A stretch of 64,000 bases of DNA from Macrostomum hystrix (lineage: Eukaryota > Animalia > Platyhelminthes): NCBI GenBank assembly GCA_950097015.1, contig CATNEN010000038.1, forward strand, positions 15,190,001-15,254,000, given 5' to 3'. A program made the position numbers and the translations under genes. The notes below the pieces were generated by a model that did no database searches, was not told where the DNA came from, and was given only the letters and a program-made list of their open reading frames with translations. Positions 10,820 through 42,100 of this stretch are shown piece by piece (within the stretch, counting starts at the first letter, position 1; every line of letters begins with the position of its first letter).

Positions 10820-13114
10820 ATGGCTCCCAACAGCCTACTAAAGTTGGTCAAAGCGAGCATGAATGCAAATCAAAACGGCTGCTGCGGCGGCAAGGCCAAC
10901 GAATCCGATCAAGAAGCCATCGCTTCGCCTCAAAAGATCAAGCAGAAGAATGGCGACAACGACATTGACTCTCGTACTAAAGCGCGCAAAGACGATGAGG
11001 AAAAGGAGGCTCGCAAAATACGACTAGCTGGCGGCGCCCTCAGCCATACTCTGCTAGACGACGCGACGGTGGAACCGTTGCCGCCGCAGTTAAAGCGACC
11101 GGGTGACTCTCGCTACCAGACTTGGAAGCCGCAGGAGCCACCGCCGAAGAGAATGCCACTACCGCCACGCAATGATAAGTACAACGAGGCTCTAGAGAAT
11201 CACCTTAACCATCTGCCGTTCTATGCTCACAGGCGATACAATCGCGTCAAAATTCTCAAGCAGGTAAAGCGCATTAAGCCGCTCCGTGGCCTACTAAATA
11301 ATGGGCGTTACTTTATAGACAAAGATCGGAAGCCAGAGTATGACCCGCGCATGGATCCTGAGAGTTTGGATAAGTTACTGAAAGCCCATCAAAAAAGGAG
11401 CAGGCGCAGCCGCTGCGAGGGTCGCGTCAACCGCATCGTCGATTTGTTCATGAGCAAGGTGATGGGCTGGGGCACATCTCGCGAGATTATACCGCCAAAG
11501 TCCATGACTCAAGGATCTCCTTTCTGCTTTCTGTGGCTTGGGCCAAATTTGGCTAGGAAGATGATGCACCAGATAGTTCAAAATGAACCCAGCCCGCTAT
11601 TCCAAAACATCACCTTGGTGCCGGAAGATAAAGAGTTCTTCATTATAAACCGCCTGCCAGTCGACTCCTTTTTCAAGGACAAAGAGAACTTTTACGGAAT
11701 GCTGTCACAATACGTCCTCAGCCCAATGCTTGTGTGCAAGGCTCGCACAGTAGAAGAGTGTCTCTTTATGCCTTGCCTGAAAGTCGACTGCGTGGACCTT
11801 GAGTCAAAGGGCCTGGTCACTCGTCATTCCTGCTATCATCAGAATCTGTCGATGTCACTCAAACCATGTCTTGTTCCAACATGTTCAAACTACAAAAAGC
11901 CAGTATGCTCGCATTTGTTCGCCTTCATACCAGAGACTATTACTCTGAATTCCTACACATCAATGCTTCACTTCTCCGAGCGCTTCCAGCGTGTTGAGGA
12001 TCTCAAAGGCACGATCTTTATCACTAAGCCGGCCTACCTTTCCAACGGTCGAGGCATAAAATTCATAGTTGGGCTGGACCAATTTGAGCACTTTTTTCAT
12101 ATGCTGGATGGCAAATCGACCTCTCGTCACGGTGTAGTACTACAAAGATACGTCGAGAGTCCGCGTCTCTTCGATCGTCAGAAGTTTACCATTCGCTTTT
12201 TCCTGCTAATTATAGTGCTGCCGAAGCGTCGCATTGTCGGCTTTATCCACTACGGCATTGCCATCTTTGCCAAGCAGCCCTACGAACCGGTGGAACGCGA
12301 GGACTTTTCACCAGATGAGGAGCTCAAAGAGGGAAAGATAACCTGCAGTGAAGTGCCGCTTAACACGCGCTCCATTGGTCGCGTCACCACAACTAAGTTT
12401 CCAAATGAAGTCCACCTTGCCAACTACATGAACGCAACGACCAAGGCTCGCATTCGGCAGGATATCTACACTGGCAAAGCCACCATGATGCCGATGGAAA
12501 GGGACAATGTTTTCTATTTGGAGGATGTTCTGCCGAACAAGTGTAATAATACCACATCCATCTACATTCAGATGCTATTTATTGGCCAGTGCATTATGGA
12601 CTACATGCAGCCTGTTGTGGAAAGCTACCCGGGCACTTTTCAAACAATTTCAATCGATTCGATGGTGGACTCGCGCAACAAACTTTGGGTGCTTGAAGCC
12701 GGTACTAATATATTCTCTGGCCTGCTGACCATCGCCCCCCGCCAACGCCAGATTATGTCCGCCATCATTCAGGAGTCTATCGGCATCACTATCGAGTGTT
12801 TCTACAAGGCGACTCGCGATTTGCCGCTGTACTACAACTACATAAACGAACAGGAAGACTACGACGCTGTCTATTTCTCGCAGGATTTCAACCTGTTCTA
12901 TGAAACCGATCGTACTCACGTTTCGGGCTACATCTTCGAGAAGGCACATTCGCAAAAGACTTTTCTGCTCGAGGAGCGCTACACAGACATTGACAATCAG
13001 CGTCAGGCGGCTGCCGAGAAGCGCATAGCCAACCTGGAGAACAAGAAGGCTATCATTAGGAAGCGCGAGGAGTACATTGCTAGGGTCAAAGCCAAGGACG
13101 AGGAAGAGTCTTGA
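10820..13114 (+). CDS. Intronless tubulin-tyrosine-ligase-like protein, most similar to the TTLL10 polyglycylase; divergent active site
   Basis: Single ORF, first ATG at 10820. ATP-grasp motifs FIPETITL, FITKPAYLSNGRGI, VVLQRYVESPRLFDRQKFTIR, HLAN and FQTISIDSMVDSRNKLWVLEAGTN. The C-terminal IIQESIGITIECFYK..SQDFNLFY resembles the TTLL10 tail. Confidence 0.8.
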   Translation: MAPNSLLKLVKASMNANQNGCCGGKANESDQEAIASPQKIKQKNGDNDIDSRTKARKDDEEKEARKIRLAGGALSHTLLDDATVEPLPPQLKRPGDSRYQTWKPQEPPPKRMPLPPRNDKYNEALENHLNHLPFYAHRRYNRVKILKQVKRIKPLRGLLNNGRYFIDKDRKPEYDPRMDPESLDKLLKAHQKRSRRSRCEGRVNRIVDLFMSKVMGWGTSREIIPPKSMTQGSPFCFLWLGPNLARKMMHQIVQNEPSPLFQNITLVPEDKEFFIINRLPVDSFFKDKENFYGMLSQYVLSPMLVCKARTVEECLFMPCLKVDCVDLESKGLVTRHSCYHQNLSMSLKPCLVPTCSNYKKPVCSHLFAFIPETITLNSYTSMLHFSERFQRVEDLKGTIFITKPAYLSNGRGIKFIVGLDQFEHFFHMLDGKSTSRHGVVLQRYVESPRLFDRQKFTIRFFLLIIVLPKRRIVGFIHYGIAIFAKQPYEPVEREDFSPDEELKEGKITCSEVPLNTRSIGRVTTTKFPNEVHLANYMNATTKARIRQDIYTGKATMMPMERDNVFYLEDVLPNKCNNTTSIYIQMLFIGQCIMDYMQPVVESYPGTFQTISIDSMVDSRNKLWVLEAGTNIFSGLLTIAPRQRQIMSAIIQESIGITIECFYKATRDLPLYYNYINEQEDYDAVYFSQDFNLFYETDRTHVSGYIFEKAHSQKTFLLEERYTDIDNQRQAAAEKRIANLENKKAIIRKREEYIARVKAKDEEES

Positions 13115-13719
13115 GCGAGTCTAAGCAGGAGATGGCTCCGAATTACTGTTTCTTTTGTCTGCTTTTCAAGAAAACTTTACAGACCCATTTCAAGGTGGCG
13201 ATGAATGCCAGAAAAAAATCCTTTATGTTTTCCATGAAATCATTTATCGCTACCGACTGAAGTCGGTCATTAATCTGCCATCCACTCGAACTGCACCGTC
13301 AAAAATAAACATCTTCGAGACTTTGCAGGCCTAAAATATTTTCACCTATCCTTATTTCTTCACAAAAATTGTTTATCTTTGAGTGTCTTAAGTTTCTTGA
13401 TAGCAGATAGGCCAGTTTTCAGCTTTACAAATTTATTATTAAATTGATTCCTAGAAGAACTCGTGTAACCTGACGCATTTGTGAAACGGGTTGTCGTTCC
13501 TTTACAAAACTTGGCTAAATAGTTAGCAACTGTATTAAGTATAGTAAAAGGTTTATAGTGCATAATTAATCTGGCTACGCTAAGTTGAGGGTGAAAGATG
13601 GTTTGGGTTTAGTGGCTTGTCGTGAAATTTTCGCCAGTGTCTTCGACAACAATTGCTAAAATTGTCGCCGATGCTGACGTCGGATGACTTTGAAAGTTCA
13701 TCGTAAAAGGCGGAAAATT

Positions 13720-13804
13720 TAGGTTCCACATGGTGTACTTCCATTTGGTATTTCTTCAGTTTCGGAGTAATAGTGACGTAGGCAGCGGGTATTTGAAATA
13801 CCCA
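13720..13804. mobile_element. Partial copy of the small TIR element family
   Basis: gtgacgtaggcagcgggtatttgaaataccc matches the 3307-3338 end and the reverse complement of 49820-49900. Confidence 0.45.
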
Positions 13805-14411
13805 AATGACGTAAATAACAAAGCTAAATAAAAAAATCAAGTTTGTTTGAATTAAGTTATTATTAACTTTTAGAAAGTTTTAAAAGCAAAACAATAGTTT
13901 ACTGGCTATAATACAAGCCAGTATAGATATGAACTTATACAGCTGTATATATATAGTAAATAAACTTATACGTGTGCAGTATATATAGTTTGCTAAATCA
14001 GTGTAAATGAAAACTGTAGGCCAGACCAGACATTCTTATCTTGTCTAAGCGACTTAGCAAAATGTACAAGCAAGCTGTCAACTTATTCAGCAAATTGGTT
14101 CAAAAAGCAGCCCTAATCATTTCGAGAAAACGGACCAAACAAGTGCAAATTATGCATTGAAAGAGAACGAGAAAAAACAAATAGGCCATTTAAAGTATAA
14201 TTTTGTGGTTGCGTCGATTTGAAAACAGACGACAAGTGTACGTAGAACAATAGAGAAAATTAAAGTACCATACAATTGCGATAATAACTCGTACATGTAA
14301 GTTATAAAGCGAAATCTAAAAACTACGAAAATCAACTTAGGGTGCAAATAACCGGCTAATAGTACTGTCGAGTGAAGAGAAATTGTATCATAGCTTCATG
14401 GAACTGAGGCA

Positions 14412-15678
14412 GCTAACAATGGTTCATCTAAGATTTTAGTGGATAACAATGGTTCACTGAATATTTTAGGGGATAACAATGGTTCATCTAAGATTTTAGG
14501 GGATAACAATGGTTCACTAAATATTTTAGGGGATAACAATGGTTTACTAAATATTTTAGGGGATAACAATGGTTCCTCTAAGATTTTAGGGGATAACAAT
14601 GGTTCACTAAAGATTTTAGGGGATAACAATGGTTCACTAAAGATTTTAGGGGATAACAATGGTTCATCTAAGATTTTAGGGGATAACAATGGTTCATCTA
14701 AGATTTTAGGAGATAACAATGGTTCATCTAAGATTTTAGTGGATAACAATGGTTCACTGAATATTTTAGGGGATAACAATGGTTCATCTAAGATTTTAGG
14801 GGATAACAATGGTTCACTAAATATTTTAGGGGATAACAATGGTTTACTAAATATTTTAGGGGATAACAATGGTTCATCTAAGATTTTAGGGGATAACAAT
14901 GGTTTACTAAATATTTTAGGGGATAACAATGGTTCATCTAAGATTTTAGGGGATAACAATGGTTCACTAAAGATTTTAGGGGATAACAATGGTTCACTAA
15001 AGATTTTAGGGGATAACAATGGTTCATCTAAGATTTTAGGGGATAACAATGGTTCATCTAAGATTTTAGGAGATAACAATGGTTCATCTAAGATTTTAGT
15101 GGATAACAATGGTTCACTGAATATTTTAGGGGATAACAATGGTTCATCTAAGATTTTAGGGGATAACAATGGTTCACTAAATATTTTAGGGGATAACAAT
15201 GGTTTACTAAATATTTTAGGGGATAACAATGGTTTACTAAATATTTTAGGGGATAACAATGGTTCCTCTAAGATTTTAGGGGATAACAATGGTTCACTAA
15301 ATATTTTAGGGGATAACAATGGTTCATCTAAGATTTTAGGGGATAACAATGTTTCATCTAAGATTTTAGGGGATAACAATGGTTCATCTAAGATTTTAGG
15401 GGATAACAATGGTTCACTAAATATTTTAGGGGATAACAATGTTTCATCTAAGATTTTAGGGGATAACAATGGTTCATCTAAGATTTTAGGGGATAACAAT
15501 GGTTCACTAAATATTTTAGGGGATAACAATGTTTCATCTAAGATTTTAGGGGATAACAATGGTTCACTAAAAATTTTAGGGGATAACAATGGTTCATCTA
15601 AGATTTTAGGGGATAACAATGGTTCACTGAATATTTAGGGGATAACAATGGTTTACTAAAGATTTTAGGAGATAACAA
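14412..15678. repeat. 30-bp minisatellite with higher-order structure
   Basis: Unit ggataacaatggttcatctaagattttagg; variant units recur at 300-360 bp spacing. Confidence 0.97.
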
Positions 15679-16540
15679 AAGTAATAAAGGCTATTAAAGT
15701 GCACCAATTAAACGCAGTGACCCAGATAAACAATTAAAGTGCTGCAAAATTCAGCTTAGCAAAGGAAAACATTTAAGTGAAATTACACAGAAAATGCAAT
15801 AATAATGAAAAAACTCACAATATGAAATAGTAATTATAATATCTACTACTAAAAACAGATTGAAAAACACTTTACCGAGACTCCTAAATAATTGGTTGGC
15901 ATATAAAACTAAATAGAAAAAAACTGTATAACAAAGCCGTCGAAAAAAACGATTCTGAAATTAATAATTCATGGCCAGATTAAGAATTTCCTATATAGGC
16001 AAAATACGATAAATAAAATGAAGTCCCTATTTAATTAGTCATTTATAATAATGTATTGCTATAGCTTTGTAAAATATGAGATTGGGGTGTATTGCACAAT
16101 AAACACAAAACACTCGATGCGTAACGCATAGGCAAGAGCAGTGGGATTTGATTATATTAGGCTATAAATAAGTACTTTTAGAATGCACTTTAAACCAAAT
16201 TGTTATTTGATAAATTGTTCAACTGAATAAAAAAACTGCAGAATATTCTACTAAGGTGGACACTGGTAAGTAGTATAAATAGAAAAAAATACATTGCACA
16301 CAACAGGTGAAAGAAAAAAGGAAAGAACAAGTTAAAAAGTTGACTCACAGAGAGCTAGCATAGTTAAGAATGTTTATACAGACAAATCCCTGAAATTCTA
16401 TTGTTGAGTCTCCACTCCAGATAATTATTAGACATTGTTGCGTCTAGGCAGGCAGATTAGCAGTTTTTGTTAATGAAATTCAGTTCAAAACGATAAGGGA
16501 AGTAAAAATTTGAAACTCAGATTGCGAGGCCAATAAGACA

Positions 16541-34814
<18,274 letters not shown>

Positions 34815-36132
34815 TAATAATTAGTAAAAGAGCTAGTGAGCCACTTTTGGCTTTTGCAAAGCACTTGCAACACAATACAAGACTGATTAAACAAAATTAA
34901 CAGATTTTTGCTTGGTTAGCTGGCAACAAAAAAGAGTATATATTCTTATTGAAATACTAATGCACCATAGAAGACCACTTTGCAAGAGCACTAGTTAAAT
35001 TAAAATTCGGATTATAATTTCGCTAGGCTTAGCCAGTATCATCTTGCATATTTGTTAAGACACAAGATTAGGAATATAATCAGTTCAAATATTTGGTAGG
35101 CCCCTAGTCACTAAACTTTTGATCAAAATCAAGGGGACCTAGCCTAGTCAAGCTAAGCTAGCATTTTATTATTTAGCGTTAAAAGAACAGTTTCTGAGAC
35201 ATTAATATCTAGCCATGACAGTCCGTATTCAAAGAAGTCAATCGCTGATCAGTGATCACTCTGCTATGGTCTCTTCCTTTCTCTAGTTGCCGACTTTGCA
35301 GTACGTGTCGATTTAGTAAAAAACTATATAATTTAGTACAATATTCAATAGTGTAAGTAGGGCAGTAAGCTACAAAATCACAAGATTTTAAAACAGTGGA
35401 CTTAGTTTGTAATTCTGTGCGTGCATTAGTAAGCTCTACCTCTGTAAAGAATGACCGTAGCAAGATGAAGTTACTTTCTAAGAAAAATACAACTGTAAAT
35501 GAAACAAATATACGCGAAGTCGTTATAGAAAAACAACCCGTGGATTCAGCAAAAACACTGTATTGTCTTTTTGTCTTTTTGTCGTGCGCTAAAGGGTTCT
35601 AAATAAGTTCATAAAAACAACGCGATAAAACTGTGAACCAGTCGCTTATATTTAATATATAATTACCCATAAAAGTGTTCAGTAAAAACGCTTTATACAT
35701 TTTAAAGCCGTATGTATTTGTCGTGCATTCAGTTCCTAGAAAACTTCCGAGCTACTATTTTGCTTTTATGGACCTACTTTACCTAGCAAAAAAATAAAAG
35801 TGGAATCAAACACTTATAAAATGATTAGGCCCCTATAAGAAATTTCTAGGAAATATAGGACCACATGACTTGCACATTTAAATATTCTTTACTTACTAAG
35901 ATAACTTCTTTTTGCAGTGTTGGGTTTACTAGCTAGATCGAACTATTGTTCTTGTGTAAGTCTTAATTTAAGCTAGACGGGTACATACAAGATTTATTTT
36001 CTGTTATATTATATATATTATCCCATAAAATACTGTTGTTACTGGCCTTACAGTTCGTATTGTGTTGCGCACCATTGTGGTGGCCTAATTATTCGAGAAT
36101 ATACTTTTATGTCATGATTGGCTCATGCTGTC

Positions 36133-39100
36133 ATGGGAAACTGTCTAAGAGGAAATCCTGATGATATTGAAGTATCAGAAAGTTCTTTTCATCATAGGTC
36201 TTCAGCAAGAAGTAAGTAAACTAAGTGTTCCTTAAGTCTTTTTATGACTTCTAAGTTATATCTTCGACCTTGTATTTTTTAGCCAGCTAGCTTAATTTAG
36301 TTGTCTGGACTTCTAGCTAAGTAGGCCCCCTTGGCCTACTACTAATAGACAAGTGATATTGGATGTGTACTTTTGTAAGTTTTCGTACAATGTAAAAACA
36401 ATTCCATATTTATGTTTTGCTAGCTAGTACTACAATTGTAACATTTTAGAGTGACAGTTTTTTGTTGAAAATGCATTTCAAATCAAGTTTGCATTGTAAT
36501 CCCAGAATCTAGGTTTTATGCACTAATTAAAAATAAAATTGCATGTATTTCAAAAAGTCATAAAATGCATGGTTTAAAGATTTTTAAATCTCAATTTCTT
36601 GAATTTGTTTCACTTGGGCTCATACATGCTCAACCTCCCAAATCTTAGCCAGCCGTGCGACTTAGTTTTGCTGTCATTTGCGACTTAGTTCATTTCATTG
36701 CTCTATTTACGACTTAGTTTGCTCTCATTTGCTTTCTTTTTCTCTCCCCTTTTTCCTTTTCTTCATGCCTTCCTTTTTTGTCCCTTGGTCCCCCCTTTGA
36801 TTTTTTTGTGCTTGGTCAATTGGTTTTTGCGACTTACCTTGCTTGGCCCTCGTTTCACCCATCCGATTCGGCTGGGTCAGCTGGGTGTTGTGCATGTATG
36901 CTTGGGCTTGAAATTTTAATTTATATCTTACCCTAGGGCCAAGAAAAAAAGCAGATGCAAGATTTGCAATAGATGCCTTAAATTGAGGTGCAAGTCAAGA
37001 TTTTTGTGTTTTTGTGTGTCAAACCTAATTGTCCCAAAAACATATTTGTTGTATTGTATATGTTAATCACATCATAGCATTAACAAATTTTGCTTTTTTA
37101 AGCCATTGGCTTGCAACTGATTAATGTTAGTTTCTATAAAGTTTTTTTACTTTACTTTTATATAGCTTAATGACTGCATTCAATAGGCCTACTTCTTATA
37201 ATTCAGTCATTCACATTTTATAGCTTAAAGCCATATATTTTTTTACTGTTTAATTCTGTAATATTATAATAATATTCATAGACTTCAAATGACTATACAA
37301 AGATCATTTTAATTTCCAGATTTTAGGACAATTATAGTTTGCTAGTTGTTAGCATTCTGCTATGGCAATTGGACATAACCCTAAATTTAGGGTAATATTT
37401 TTAGTTTTTTCCCTAAGTTTTCAGGTTATATTTGATTTTGGCTTCAATCATATAGGGAATATAATATTCTCAAAATTGATAGTGCCCACTTATTACCTTT
37501 TGGGTCTTACTATGAAAAGGAGGCTGTTTAGGACAAAAAACTTCATTTGTTTCATATTTAGGGCCTTGAATGTTGAGGAATGAGCCATGGACATTTCTAG
37601 CCATATTTCCTTCTAATCCTTGCATTTTAACTTTTGTCCTTCATTTAACAAGATTGTATTTGTTTCACACTCTAAGCTCAGATGAATAGAGACACCCATT
37701 AGAATATAAAGCAGAATAACTTGTGCCAAATATGTTCTTCTGACCTTTCAATTTACCTTTAAGTCACCCCTTAAATTGCTTTCTGTCCTACCCCTACACC
37801 ACATACCCCAGTGTGCCATTCTAATGCAGAATAGTACTTAAGCAATTTAAAGAAATAATATCTTGCTAGAAACTGCTTTAATGCTGCTCTTCATCAATTC
37901 TAACTTAAAGCTCTAGTTTACAACAACAACAATGTTGATTTGTACTATTTAATGCTGCATTGCTTTATTTTGCTCAGTATCTGCAATGAGTGTAGCTCAT
38001 AATCAGATTTAGACAAATTAAATTCCTAAACACTTTATGAAAGCAGATTTATGTATCTCTGTTATACTTTTTTTAATTTTGCTATGATCTTCTGGCATTC
38101 AAAAGGAGTTATGAGCGTTAGGGTGTGTAAGGCGGGAGTTCAAACTTTATTCCCAGATTTAGCCTCCAGGAATAGCCTCCACTGTCTTTGAAGCCATGTG
38201 CACTTGGGTAATGTTGTCGTGCAGAACCAAGGGCTTCATTCCACTGTGCTGTTTACTGTGGATGTCAGCATTGGGCTTCTTCAGAGAGGAAATGTAGCAC
38301 TCGGCATTGAAAGTTGTGTTCTGACAGTTGGGCTCTAGGAAATAGATTGTCAAGGGGCCATGAGAATTGAAAAAAAAGTAGCAACACCAGCTTCTGGCAA
38401 TGAGCCTCTTGATGAGCCTTGATTGGAGGGTCAGAGCCCAGACTTTATACTCTTCTTTTGTTGGGGTGTCGAAGTGACACAGCCAGGTTTCATCACCCAT
38501 GACAATAAGCTATCAAAAGGCCTCCCATTCACCTTAATCTTCAACAAGCCTGAAGTTGCTCTTGCGTGTGTTTTGTTGCTGTGCTTTTATCTCCTGGTTG
38601 AGAAGCCTGGGAACCCACCTGGCACTGAGCTTAACAAGATTCATGCTATGGATGCAATGATGAACTGTATACTTGGGCAAATCCAGTTGGTCAGCAATTT
38701 CCCTGATGGTAAGGCAAACATCTTTAAGCAGATCCAAAATGCGATTGTTAAGAGTATTTTAGGCATCCTTGGCTGACCAGATTTTGGAAATGCTGCTCAA
38801 TTCGACTCAAACTGCTCAATCCACTGGTAAACCATGCTTTTGCTTACTGCGTGTTGTCCATGGATGCGCTGCAGGTTTCTCACAATCTCAGACCCATTGT
38901 ATCCCATGCTCCACTGACTGAAAATAGCATGGTGCTGTCCCTCTTTTGAGTGGATGTCTGACATGCTTGCACAATCTTTGGATGCTTCAAATGCGCAACT
39001 TGACAAATGTCTGGCTGCACTGGCATGCATCTAAAGCTTGAGATTGAGATGGGCTTTGATAATGCTTGCATGAGCTTAGTTCTCACATTCAGTCCATAGC

Positions 39101-42100
39101 ATGGACTGAATGCTCAGGCATTTCTGTAGGCATACTTGCTTAAACTTGATGCAGAAAAAGTACAAAGCAAAACTTGTTTCATTAAAAGACTTCAAAATGT
39201 CATCTTGTGTAAGTCATACCCTGGGGAACTGTAATAAGTGGCTCATAACTTTTGAATGTCAGAAGACATTGGCAAAATTAAAAGAAATGTTACATAGATA
39301 AATCTACTTTCAAGAACAGGTAATGAATGAGGTCAAGAACAGGATTATGGCCACCTGGGGGATCATTGTCAACTGGGTGATCATGGTCAACTGGGGGATC
39401 ATGGCCAACTGGGGGATCATTGTCAACTGGGGGATCATTGTCAACTGGGGGATCATTGTCAACTGGGGGATCATGGCCAACTGGGGGATCATTGTCAACT
39501 GGGGGATCATTGTCAACTGGGGAATCATTGTCGACTGGGGGATCATTGTCAACTGGGGGATCATTGTCAACTGGGGGATCATGGCCAACTGGGGGATCAT
39601 TGTCAACTGGGGGATCATTGTCAACTGGGGGATCATTGTCAACTGGGGGATCATGGCCAACTGGGGGATCATTGTCAACTGGGGGATCATTGTCAACTGG
39701 GGAATCATTGTCGACTGGGGGATCATTGTCAACTGGGGGATCATTGTCAACTGGGTGATCATTATCAATTGGGGGATCATTGTCAACTGGGTGATCATGG
39801 TCAACTGGGTGATCATGGTCAACTGGGGGATCATTGTCAACTGGGGAATCATTGTCGACTGGGGGATCATTGTCAACTGGGGGATTATTGTCAACTGGGT
39901 GATCATTGTAGCTTTAAAAGCTGTAAATTCAGCTGCTAAAAAGTATATACTTGACGAAGTAAAAATATTTCTGCTCCCTAAAGGGGGGCAAAACTTGCTA
40001 GTTAATGTACCTAAATCCAACTATGAGCTACATTGAAAATTCCCACTCTCTTTTGGATACCCCTCATAATTGTAATGCTTGGTCTAACAATGGATGTCCC
40101 AAAAAGGGTAACACTTTGTGCACTCACTGTGCCATTAAGCTTTGCCATACACTTTGCCATCAAGAAAGAGAGCTTGACTAGGCCTACAAATCACAAATAC
40201 AATTCTTATCAAATTCTCATATTATTATATTCTTATTGACAACTTACATATAGTGTTGCTAATCCATGTGACAGGCCTAAGCCAATAGCAATATACTTTA
40301 AATAGTAGTTTATGGAAATAGCCAAATGATTCCTGAGGGGACTCTGATAAATGCCAATGCACATTTGACAGCTAGTATCATTTTTACCACTTAATGTGAG
40401 AATATTTTCTTAAAAAATTAAACTGCAAACTTTTGGATATGGATTGTTTAGTTTTGGGTGGTTCATAGAAATCATGTCTTATTGTAGTTTTTTTAGTTTA
40501 TTAGTCATGTGGCATCAATTATTTATTTATAAAAAAGGAGAATCTGATTTCTGTTTTACAAAAATAATTATTAAATATTTCTTAGTTCATTTACAGTGAA
40601 CATCATGTCAAAAATGTTGATGTACATGAAATATGCTTGTTATTAATTTTCAAGCTGTTTGTAATGCTGTTAATTAGAAGATTATGTAGCACTCTTCCTT
40701 TGTAGTATGATGTAGAAAAATCAAAGTATTTAGATTGGACTGTGTTTGATTTGGTGCTGTCAGACAAAATTAGTGACCATTGCTGGACCTTGTGTAGACC
40801 CGATTGGTGTCATCTCATATTGATTAACTTGTTGCTGCTGCTGCCGTGGCCGTCTCCAGGGCACTGGCAGATGCATCCATGCATTGATGGACTGGCGGAC
40901 ACTATTCAACAGCAAAACGGCAACCAGTGCCGAATTGAAGGTGCACACATTGATTTGCAAGCTCATAAAGGCGGCTATTTCACTCGGGCAAGCCTTAAAT
41001 ATCAGGTTGTCTTGTACTTCATTAATTTGAAACATGGATAGGTAGTTCTTGTCCTTGGCTGATTCAATAAAATCTGGACAGTTGTACCGAATCAACACTC
41101 TTTCTCCGGCTAATAGCGTCATTCGAGAGGCATTTCTCATCAGAATTTGCTTGTACATCCACTTACTATGATATTCTTGTCCTAGCAGCAGCATGGCAAG
41201 CAGAGTCAAGAAGGGCGCAATTGTCGAAATTAAACAGAGTCCAATAGCGCAGATGTACCGCGGCCATGAGCCATTCTGATTGTGCTGATGTCGAACCATA
41301 TTACGCACGCTGGAGCCAGTCAATAGTAGCAGGGTCACGCTCGATATTGTGCCAATATAAATGCCGCTAGTTGCTGCCAGAACAGTTGGACATATTCGGC
41401 CCAAGTTAATTTGGTTGTTAAAGTGGCACAGCAGAGCCGATGCAATCGATTGAGATGAACTCAACGAGGCCACTAGGCATATCAGTACAATGGCCAGTAG
41501 AATGTGCTTCTCCCCGCGACCTCTCATGATGTTGCCGTAACTCGTTTTTTATTTGTCAGCTTCTTTTTCGTTTCTTTTCAACCCCTAGTAGAAACTGCGA
41601 GTTTGCTTTTTACAGGCTAATAATTGTCATAGACAAAACAATTTTTTTAGCCATTGAAGTTTGCAACGTATTTAAAATTTTTAAATTAATATGGAAACTT
41701 ACATATTTTAATTACAAAGAAATGTAAATGTAAATACGTTGTACATACCCTAAGCAGCCACTTGATACATTTAGAGTGGTCACCTAGGCGTATTCGAGTC
41801 TGTTTTAGGTTAATTAAAATCTGCTTCCTCTTTGTGTGCGTCAGAAGGTGGAAAGAAAGTAAATCAGAAATACTAGCCTGGAAAGAAATAAGATGCTTAT
41901 AAAAGCTTTCCTGATTTAACATATCTTGTTTGTGAGTAAAAATAGAAATTGACATTTTCAAGTTTATCGACTGACTTCAATAAGTCATTTATTCGTGTGT
42001 GAATTTGAATCATTTAAAATTAGTCGAAGCATTAAAATCTATGACGTCAAAGATAATGACGTTTATATTGAAAATGAAGGACTGGCGAGTGTAGGTGTCT

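Larger units (their letters stand above)
37991..40032 (-). mobile_element. Decayed mariner (Tc1/mariner) DNA transposon with long imperfect inverted repeats
   Basis: Inverted repeats 38038-38116 versus 39241-39312, and 37991-38021 versus 40002-40032, flank transposase fragments. Confidence 0.75.
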
